Below the pieces are notes generated by a model. It saw only the letters and a program-made list of their open reading frames with translations. It searched no databases and was not told where the DNA came from. This document shows, piece after piece, positions 46,624-56,523 of a stretch of 56,523 nucleotides of DNA. The stretch comes from Basidiobolus meristosporus CBS 931.73 (lineage: Eukaryota; Fungi; Basidiobolomycota). The stretch covers positions 1-56,523 of the forward strand of contig MCFE01000579.1 of the NCBI GenBank assembly GCA_002104905.1. Reading direction: 5' to 3'. Numbering within the stretch: the stretch's first letter is position 1; each line of letters starts with the position of its first letter. The translations under genes were made by a program, and so were the position numbers.

Positions 46624-49456
46624 AGAATTGTTCCGTGGGATGGTGCCACATAGTGCCAGCCTGTTTATAGTTCTGGATTGATCTGGCACTCTACAGCACT
46701 ATCTGGCACTATTATATCTACCATGATGCCAGTGGTATGATACAGTTACCGGTAATATTACTCAATCTTACTTATGTTTCTCAGAATAGTGCTTTCCTTG
46801 CTTTATTTACTCTTCATAATGCTCCAGACACATTTCTCTCAGTGGATGTCTTCTTGTAGGAGCATACTGTGCATTAATAAGTATCTTAACTATTTTACCT
46901 ATTCTGCTGTTTTCTCCTATATATGACTTTCCTCTGTATTTACCTGCCAATATGCTGAATTTCTTCAGATATCCCAATGTATGCTCTACCCTCACTCTGA
47001 AATGATTAAATGTCTCATTGTAGAGCTTCTGCTTCCTGCTATGCACACCATTCCTTGGCTTCCTATAAACTGTAATACATCCTAATCCGTGACAATCCTC
47101 TCCTATATAGGCTCAGTCAGCCATAGATTTCTCCCCTCTACTGAATTCAGGATGATTCTCAACCCAGAGTGCTTTGTCATGCCTACTTCCAGTAAATGGC
47201 CCACTAAACCAGATAATGTTACCCTCAATGTCAGACAGTGCTTGAAACTTCACACAGTGTGCCTTGCACTTGCCAGAATAAAAGTGCCTCTGCCCTCTAG
47301 AAGGTCTGTTAATCCTCACTGGGAAGGTATCCAAAATACTCTTGATATGAAACTTGTTGCTGAGCACTCTGGGATATGGAAGTCTATTGGAGATTCTGAA
47401 CCTAGTTTTCCAAGCTTGCTCTAAGTCATTCATACATTCTGCAAGGTGGTTCTCCATTGCTGTCAGCTGGGAATGATAGCTTCTAGGACTTTTGTTGCCA
47501 TGGATGGTGGAATGAAACCTTGTAGGACAATAGTTCTTGTAATAGCAGAGAAGCTTAACAAGGGATCTCCTTAAGAAGATTAGGGTTGATGGTCCACAGT
47601 ACTTGCAATAGATCTCCTCTAGTGTGTCAAAAGGAATCCAGTGGTATTGATGGGATTGATGAGAAAAGACCATTCAGATGAGTAATTCATATCAAAATTG
47701 GTGGATGATTGTATGGAGGTGGTTTGAATTGATTCAGCGCAATCTGCGTTATTTATCTGCTTTTTAACGCATTATGGTTAAATCTCCATCAATTGCCATG
47801 TATCCCAATATTGTGTTGCAAAAATCATCCGCAAACAATGCCTTGGTATTTTTATTGATGCTTTACTCATAGGTCTATAATCAAATAGGAAATCTGCAAT
47901 TAATGTGATCTGATCTGTGTCAATGCAATCCAAGATGCATCATGCATAATATATGAAAAATTCAACAATCACATTAGTTTTCATATATATTTCATATAAG
48001 ACCAGGTTAATGCCAATATACTGCTGTATAAGTATCCAAATCCATTGCTATGGTCCCCATACCAAGTCTCAACTCATCTTTAGTACAACCCAGACAAAAC
48101 CCATCCCCCAGCTCACATGCACACCTTGCTGGATTCCTTACCATCTCTTGCAACCACTACACACTGGCGTACATCAGTCCAGACTACACCAACACCCTTT
48201 ACCAGAGCACCCCACTTTGAGTCAATGCACATTGGGTCAATGTGTGCGCTTCAGAGCAAAACTACCAGAACTTGCCTAACTGCTCAATTGGACACAAGTC
48301 CATTGGAGTGGACCAAGTCACATCAACATGCAGCATCATATTGAACTCAGCCAAGGGCCATCTCAGCGCATCAAGGTGCGCATGCACGTGCCGTTTTGCC
48401 TGACCATCAGCGAGTTACTTCTGGTGAACTGACTGATGATGACCAACATGAAGTGCCTCAACCACCAGAGCCCTTGGCAAGTAAAAGAATGCATCAGCAC
48501 ATGGCACTTCAGGCCAGTTCAGTTGGTTCAGTTGGAGCAATTCAGCATGGCCAAGCTGCAGCATTGCACTCATAAACTAGGAGGCAAAATACTGACTACA
48601 AATACACAAGTAGCCAAGATGATAGTCAGCCAGGAAGTAGTATAGGTGTGCAAAGTGAGTCACTACCAAATGCTTCAGTAGTAATCCCTGTGAAAAAAAA
48701 CCCCGGATAAGATGATGCAATTGCTTTCAATTGCTATTTTTTGTAATGATCCCAACAACCCATTTTTTTGCAATCCAAATCAAGCCATTGCAAATCAGTG
48801 ATCATCAAATTTTTGATATAAGTGATATCAAGGTTGTCTCACATTTGAGACAGAACCCTATAAATAAACACCTTACATACATATATGTCATCTTTAATAC
48901 CAGTGCAGCTATTGGATCTGTTTTGCACCTACCTGATTGCTTGTGTGCTAGCTATGACACCTTGTCCAATCACTAGGATCAGGGATTTACTTGCTCAATG
49001 GGCAAAATGGGATATTTGATGGCAAATCAGGTAGCTTGTTTAGTAGTCAATGAGCCAATTGGGGGATGCCAGCTTCAGGATACTTTTGAACCAATGAACC
49101 ACTGAGATACCATCCAATTGGAGTGATGGTAACAAAAATGGTAACTATCAGTGTAGTTTATAGTGTGATACACATTTATTTCCATTTACATTAAAGAAAT
49201 ATATCTAAATACCAGATTTTACCTGCCATAATAGCGGTATCCAATTGTGCACATGATGCAAACATCACAAGTCGGCGTGATCATCCATGCCAGCCTCATT
49301 GTGTCAGATTATGTCATAGTGTGCAAGATCATCCCACATGGTGCAAAATCATCCAAGAGCAATCCTGCCTTCTGGTAGCTATAATATTGCGCTCAATTGT
49401 TCTTTACAACTGCAGATTGCGCTGCGTGCCCTGGCACAGTACAATGGAACAAGTCT
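46624..49456 (-). mobile_element. Second Harbinger copy (2833 bp) inserted into the transposase of its own family
   Basis: AGAATTGTTCC...GGAACAAGTCT, TSD AAT. Its transposase (46807-47690) has one frameshift and one stop. Motifs: ILDTFP, YSGKCKAHCVKFQ, GPFTGSRHD, MADLAY, RVRVEHT. Confidence 0.92.
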
Positions 49457-50029
49457 AATAGGTAAAATAGCTAAGATACTTCTCAATGCACAGTATACTC
49501 ATACAAGAAGTCATCCACTGAGAGAAATGTGTCTGGAGCATTATGAAGAGTAAATAAAGCAAGGAAAGCACTACTCTGAGCATCATTAGTAAGATTGAGT
49601 AAAATTACCAGTAACTGTATCATACCACTGGCATCATGGTAGATATTATAGTGCCAGATAGTACCAGATCAATCTGGCACTATAAACAGGCTGGCACTGT
49701 GTAGCACTATCCAACAGAACAAGTCTTTTATCTTATGGCACTGTTGTTGTTCTGTGAAGACTTGGCAGTGGGTCAGCCTTAACCCATAGAAACAGTAGCA
49801 GCTGAAATCTACATATTTAGCTTGATGCATGTAGTAAAGCTACTGAGATCCCATTTCAAACTCCTTGCATAAAATCTGTGGACGTACCAAATTTGTATTG
49901 GAGGTTGCTTCTGATTCAATATTGCTTACTAAATGTGAATCCATCAAGTACTAAGACAAAGGTATAGTCATATATCCCCTTAGGAGGGTGTTTACCTCTT
50001 TGTTGATTTTACTTTTTGCCATCAAGTGT

Positions 50030-50950
50030 GTAGGTAATGTTGGTACTTAATTAGCACCAATTGTATAATTTAGAGTGTCACAATGTTTGTTGGACTGCAT
50101 ATATTTGTTTAGATTGAGTATTGCTAGTAAACATCTGCAGTCTGAACAATGTTTTCCTCTGATGATGGGGGATTCCTATCAACTTGGACACCTTGCAATG
50201 GAAATATTTTCTGGTGTGAATGCCATGCAACTGTTAGCATATAATAGTATCAGGAGGGTCTCTGTGTAATATGTATTTAGCCACATGTTAGTTGTTCATT
50301 TGTACTATGTACATGGTAAGTTGTATCCAAGAATTATTTTTGCAAAATTAGCAGTAAATCATCAAAGCCCTTATTACTAAAACTAGTGGAAGTATGCCAT
50401 ATCCCTAGCCACAAGCTTGTATGATTTGCCAGTAAATGGATTACTAGGCTCACTTGACTGTGTGAAGTGTCCTTTGCATTTGCTTCTGCAGGTGTTGTCT
50501 CATTAAATATATGTATCCTGCCAGCTCATGCTAAGTACAGTTGTGAGATGAGAAAAGCTAATAATCCAACAGTGGGCCTTCTTCTTCAGAGTTGTTACTC
50601 CACAGGTCCCATTCTATGACTCAGTTGAGACTTAAGGCATCACAAACTCACCTGACTCAGTTTGCACATGGTGACAAGTGTGGCTTGGTGCCATCATAGA
50701 TGTGTAAGGTGTCCAGCAAGATATCTTTTATGCAGCAGTGACTGATAAGTGCTCAAATATGGCTTTTGTGGCAAGATATTGGCCATGACTGTTGTAATGC
50801 TTTCTATGCCTTCTGCATGCATTGTGGCTGAGAGGCATGCCACAATAGCCACATGTTCTTTTTTCTCTTCTTCTACAGCATCCAGCCAAAGTAGTTTTGA
50901 GCATGGGGAAAGCAGCTTTATACTCAACATCATAATGCTATAGTAGTACT
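50030..50950 (-). pseudogene. CMC transposase N-terminal fragment (copy E)
   Basis: Colinear similarity to 33540-34480, in the same orientation. Confidence 0.7.
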
Positions 50951-50996
50951 TTTTCATCAGTACTACTGTGAGTTCACGATGGTATCATATTCAAGA

Positions 50997-53324
50997 ACCT
51001 ATGAGGGATTATTGTGATGATCCTGTCAAAAGGCCATCACGGACTTAAAGTCCTGTGACAAAGAGGTACTGACCCCACCAGGACACTGTGCAGAGACTGC
51101 TGAAAACTAATTGCACCCCAGATTTCACAAAAAACTTAGTCAAAATTTTTTGTCACAACAATATACAAGTGGCTTTTGATTGGTTCCCTGCCAATTTTCT
51201 CACTTTCTAATCCTAGACACTTGAGCACCTCCTACATTTGTGTATATTGCTTTGCTATTATTCTTGCACTCCTTACTTCCTGACTCAACTGTTTCTCTTA
51301 CTTTTATGCATACATATTGATTTATTTGCATTGAAACTTCAATTGTGCCTCAATTGCAAATTGTATTATGTTGACCTATACAAGTCTCTATACCCTATAC
51401 TAACATTAAGTCCAACCCCACACTCCACAAGTAACTCCATCACCATCTACAACTCAATAAGCTTATCTGCTGTAACACTCTGTTTCCATGACTTTGGCAG
51501 GAACCCAGCAGCTTTATGCCACAGTTCATTCACTGGTTCCCACATGTCCTGGTCTTCAGCCAGCACTGCAAGGTCAAGCACCTCATCTGGCAGTCAGTGC
51601 AATAAATCCTTGCAATATTCAAGTGTGTTTAGTGAACACAGCTGTTGAAGAAGTGCTGCAACCTCTTGGTGTAACTAATGATGCTGAAAAATTCCACTGA
51701 AGGCTTTGTGATAGTCTTTTGAGTTCTTGACCTTGTAGCCTTATCTGTCAGTGGGGCCTCCACTCTGTCAACAATGGGATTCAATCTGTTCTGGGTTTGT
51801 GGCATTAATTGGCTAGAACTGCAGTTCTTTTTGCATGCTTCCCTGTCTCAGGCTTGGATAGACATTTTTCCTTTACCTTTGCTGTATCACTGCAAGGTCT
51901 TTCAATGCTACATTGTTTGGGTGCTTCTTGTAATGAACTACATTTTCTTCTTGATAAATTCTGCTGCAATGCATCTGTTTAGGCCTGCTTGTCCCTTGCT
52001 GGCTCTCTTCTGGCAACTAAATGTTGCTTTTCTGCTTGTTTCAAGCTCTCAGCCATAGTTATGAGAGCTCCTGAGAAAGCTGCTGGTTTTTATCAGTGCC
52101 AGGTTGTTCATTGCTACCTTGAGTGAGTGCTTCATGTGTGGTATTATGCTTCTTCCTTGATAATTGTTATAGTTGTGCATCCATGTCTGCCTGCTTGTCC
52201 TTAATTGGCACTCTTCCAGCTACCTGATGTCTCTTTGATGCATGTCTGGGAGCTTTTGGTCCTGCTTGCAATGGCTCTTGAGGTAGCCACTGGTTTTTGC
52301 CATCACCCCTTGTACTCCTGCCTTTGATAGTTTATGCTATTATTGAGAAACTTTCTTGGCATACCAATACAGGCCCAAAATCTATTTGCCTGTTTGAGTC
52401 CAGGATAAAGCTTGTTGAACACATCAAGGGCATTCTGCTTGGCCTTAAGTTCCTAATAGTCATGTAGTATGCCAGCCTTAAGCTGATGGCATGCTAGACT
52501 TCTGATGGCCTCTTATATATTAGCCCACTCTTCATTATTGCACTCAAATGGCTTCACAGATCTTCAATGTCTTTTGATTTTCAGCCTTTGGTATAAACAC
52601 CACATCATATCCCTCCCATGCTATGATAGGTTTTTCTGTGGGCTTTATCTTTGGGCACTGCTGTTGTGCTTCAAAGACTGTATGGTGTTCCTCTGCTGTT
52701 ACATGGGGAAATGGCTCAATTCTGGGCTGTAACATTGAGCCACTTGAGTTCCTTCTTTGCAGCAAAGATACTGCTTTCTCTACCTGGGGATATTGATTTC
52801 CCTACACATATTATCTCCTCATCCAGTTTCTGGACTATTTCTGATTTCTCTGGGCAATTACATGTATCCTATCAGCCACTGCACCTAAATGCCTCATAAA
52901 TGCTTTGGTATGAGTTGACAACATATATGCTAATATGGGTGGTGGTGATGTTATGATGGCCACTTGCTGGTCTCCAACTGAAGGTACCATGTTTGCTACA
53001 TTGTCATCTGCCTGAGTATAAAAGTCAGTTTGCAGCTACACAGAGGCTCCCAATTGCCTACTTCACTGTAAGCCTGAGGAATCTGCATTATTACCTTGAG
53101 TGGGCACACCGTCAAGTGGCGTTTTTGGATGTAGCCCTGCATGTTGCACTAAATGTCCAAGCAAGCTGTTGTCCAACTGTACTTCTGCTGCCATCAGCAG
53201 TGGGGTTTGGTTGTGAACCAGACAACTTTGCTTTAATTTTTGGTAGCATATATATGCTTTATTTGTTGGCAGCATATATATGGAAGTGAGTCAAACTAAG
53301 GGGAAATATTGTTACATATACATG
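50997..53324 (-). mobile_element. CMC element copy D (terminus plus accessory ORF), cut by a gypsy insertion
   Basis: Begins (A)CCTATGAGGGATTATT, the reverse complement of the copy B right end. Its accessory ORF is uninterrupted relative to copy B. Confidence 0.8.
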
Positions 53325-55400
53325 TGTTATGATCTGCCGCTTGGATGTTTAAGTTAGATCAGTTTTTAGTCAAATCAATTAGTATATGTTTATGTTATCA
53401 GTATATCAGTATTATTCTATGAAATCAGTAGCATTAGTCAGCAAATGAATCAGCAGATCCTTATCAGACAGAAATAGATATATTAAGCATGATCTTATTG
53501 GGTGATGATGATGCAATCAAATGAGTCATCAGCCACAACCTACATTAGGAAATACAATTAGTCAGCAATTGATCTGGCAAAATGTATATAAGGAGCTGCT
53601 GGAACCTCAATAAAAATCAGTTCAAGTTTTAGTGAATACAATACTAGCTAAACTCCCTATTCCTCTACAACTCTTATACCAAGACTTGTAACATTGGTAG
53701 CAGCAATAACCAGAAACCTCCCTCCTGAAGAAAGAAGAAACCACCCTCAAGATGTTGGACAATCAAGAATGGAAGAATGCCATGCAGCAAATCCTGGCCC
53801 AACAGCAACAGCTACTCCAGATCCTCAGCCAACAGCAACAAGGAATGACTACCATGGCTCAGAGCCAGCAAAGCCCTGTCAAGAGCAACTTTAGTGTGAA
53901 GGTCAACCAGTACCATGGCAGAGTCAATGAAAACCTGGGAACTTGGCTCTTTCAGATTGAAGAAGCTTTTAAAGCTAAAGGAATTGCTCCAGAGAGCAAG
54001 TTGCATTATGCAGCTTCTTACCTGGCAGATGCAGCTTTACAGTGGTACCACAACAAGATCAGGTCAGCTACTATGATGGGATGCTCTACAATCTCTACCT
54101 GGGATGAGTTTGTGTTGGAAATTCAGGATGCTTTTGAACCTCCACACCAGCAGACACTACTAAGAAGGAAGTTAAAGACACTCAGACAGAAAGGAATGGT
54201 GCAAGAATACATCTATGAGTACAGATGTCTACTTGGACAAATTGAAAGAATGGACCCCTTGGATCAAGTTGAATACTTTATTGATGGGTTGAAAGAAAGA
54301 ACTTGCAAGGAAGTCAATTACGAAGACCTCAGACTATTGAAGAAGCCATCAAGATTGCCATTGACTATGACTCAGCTATGTTTGGAGTTGGGAAGCCTAC
54401 AGTGACTAATCAGAAAGGCTATAATCATTATGAAAGAAGACAATCAGAAGCAGTACCAATGGAAATAGACGCTATGCAGAAGAATCCCTCCTCAGAAGAA
54501 TGCAAGAAGAGAGGACTTTGCTTCAATTGCCACCAGCAGGGACATATTGCAAAGTACTGCCCTCAGAGAAGAAATGGACACCAGCCAACAAGAACCTTCA
54601 ACCATATTGAGTCCCATGAACACAGTAATGTGGAAGATGAGCTTGAAGAAGACTCGAACTCACCTTCCATATGACAGAAGAGTACTTGTCCCAAATGACT
54701 TCAAACTCAGGGAAGTTATTGTACTTGAATGGAGTAATCAATGGAGTACCTGCCAAGATCATGATTGACTCAGGAGCATCAGCATGAGTACATGTCAGAG
54801 CAATTTGCTTGAAAGCTGGAATCAACTCGGAACCTACCAAATCAACTTCAGTCTCCACAGCTGATGGGAACTCTCACATAATCAACCGTATTACCCAGCC
54901 AGTAAGAATGAAGATCAATGACTATGAAGAAGACCTACAGGCTTATATATTTGGGAACTGCAAGTTTGACCTTGTACTTGGAAAAACCTGGCTATTTTGT
55001 TGTAATCCATCAATCAACTGGAGAACCCATGCTACTCAGATCCAAAAAGACAACAAGACCTATGAGCTATTACCTGCCAGGCTGGATTTCAACTTGGTCA
55101 ATTCCAGTGTGTGTGAGACAAGTGAACTTAGCAAGACCCAGTTCTGTAGAGCACTTAGAAAAGGTACCAGATGTTCCTCATGGCGGTATTACAGGAGGAT
55201 TCCTCTACCCAGCACCCCAGCAGGTCCAGACTCTCTTGAAGAAATATTCAGACGTGTTTCCAGATGAGCTTGTAAGCCTACCACCAGTCAGAGACGTGGA
55301 TCATGCCATTGACACAGGAGATAGCCCTCCAGTGAGCAAGACACCTTACAGAATGAGTCCATTGGAATTGGAGGAAATGAAGAACAACATTGATCAGCTG
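53325..55400 (+). mobile_element. 5' part of a second Ty3/gypsy element (LTR, PBS, gag, protease, start of RT)
   Basis: LTR at 53325-53693, PBS TGGTAGCAG (tRNA-iMet-like, inferred). Gag has TWLFQIEEAF, AALQWY and CFNCHQQGHIAKYC; then protease MIDSGAS and DHAIDT..PVSKTPYRMSPLEL. Confidence 0.92.
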
Positions 55401-55516
55401 ATGTGGTGAGCAAGATGACATTCTGAGAACTGAGTCAGCTTGAGTAATGCACACAAGTGTCATTTTTCACAAAAGCACTGTGCTCCAAGTGACTTGCTCT
55501 GATGTATTTGCATAGT

Positions 55517-56523
55517 GATCAATTTGTTTTCATTTCTCAATTCCAATGGATCATTCTGTAGGTGTCTTGCTCACTGGAGGGCTATCTCCTGTGTCAATGG
55601 CATGATCCACATCTCTGACTGGTGGTAGGCTTACAAGCTCATCTGGAAACACGTCTGAATATTTCTTCAAGAGAGTCTGGACCTGCTGGGTGCTGGGTAG
55701 AGGAATCCTCCTGTAATACCGCCATGAGGAACATCTGGGTACCTTTTCTAAGTGCTCTACAGAACTGGGTCTTGCTAAGTTCACTTGTCTCACACACACT
55801 GGAATTGACCAAGTTGAAATCCAGCCTGGCAGGTAATAGCTCATAGGTCTTGTTGTCTTTTTGGATCTGAGTAGCATGGGTTCTCCAGTTGATTGATGGA
55901 TTACGACAAAATAGCCAGGTTTTCCAAGTACAAGGTCAAACTTGCAGTTCCCAAATATATAAGCCTGTAGGTCTTCTTCATAGTCATTGATCTTCATTCT
56001 TACTGGCTGGGTAATACGGTTGATTATGTGGGAGTTCCCATCAGCTGTGGAGACTGAAGTTGATTTGGTAGGTTCCGAGTTGATTCCAGCTTTCAAAGCA
56101 AATTGCTCTGACATGTACTCATGCGATGCTCCTGAGTCAATCATGATCTTGGCAGGTACTCCATTGATTGACTCCATTCAGGTACAATAACTTCCCTGAG
56201 TTTGAAGTCATTTGGGACAAGTACTCTTCTGTCATATGGAAGGTGAGTTCCAGAGTCTTCTTCAAGCTCATCTTCCTCATTATCTGTGTTCATGGGACTC
56301 AATATGGTTGAAGGTTCTTGTTGGCTGGTGTCCATTTCTTCTCTGAGGGCAGTACTTTGCAATATGTCCCTGCTGGTGGCAATTGAAGCAAAGTCCTCTC
56401 TTCTTGCATTCTTCTGAGGAGGGATTCTTCTGCATAGCGTCTATTTCCATTGGTACTGCTTCTGATTGTCTTCTTTCATAATGATTATAGCCTTTCTGAT
56501 TAGTCACTGTAGGCTTCCCAACT
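55517..56523 (-). repeat. Inverted duplicate of 54386-55398 (fold-back)
   Basis: Near-identical reverse complement. Each arm carries its own 1-2-nt indels, and deletions cluster next to the ~120-bp turn. Confidence 0.9.

Larger units (their letters stand above)
28950..49726 (+). mobile_element. PIF/Harbinger (IS5-like DDE_Tnp_4) element, ~3.1 kb net, carrying ~17.7 kb of nested insertions
   Basis: Termini GGACTTGTTCC...GAACAAGTCT, TSD TTT (28947-28949 and 49727-49729). The transposase rejoins in frame across the inserts: 30997-31252, 45717-45970, 46343-46623, 49460-49553. Confidence 0.88.

Overview
Eukaryotic, almost certainly fungal, genomic DNA. It has short GT-AG introns of about 50-70 nt with CTAAC/CTGAC branch points. 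The gene set points to an early-diverging, non-Dikarya lineage, but the taxon cannot be fixed from sequence alone. The ORF track misses the spliced structure, so gene models were rebuilt by eye. Bases 1-23.1 kb are gene-rich and CpG-normal. They hold allantoicase, an intronless full-size ABCG transporter, a GPI-anchored Ser/Thr-rich wall protein, a gene with an ANKFN1/Wide-awake-like domain, and a DUF4442-type hot-dog thioesterase. They also hold a divergent C-terminally truncated Skp1 paralog, a fasciclin (FAS1) protein whose second FAS1 domain is split by twelve W[DE]DEP repeats of a 17-aa unit, and ICE2. Bases 23.2-56.5 kb are a CpG-depleted transposon block that resolves, by target-site duplications (TSDs), into a nested stack. 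A CMC/CACTA-like copy holds a compact PIF/Harbinger (IS5-like) element at 28950-49726. That element holds a second CMC element (31253-45713), a solo LTR and a copy of its own family. The CMC element in turn holds a full Ty3/gypsy element, two fold-back MITEs and a solo LTR. The last ~1 kb is an inverted duplicate of gypsy sequence and is probably a long-read fold-back artefact. Best leads: the split-FAS1 repeat protein, the ANKFN1-like fungal gene, MITE arms that co-vary within each copy, and the extra ORF in the gypsy element. All family assignments come from recalled motifs, not database searches.
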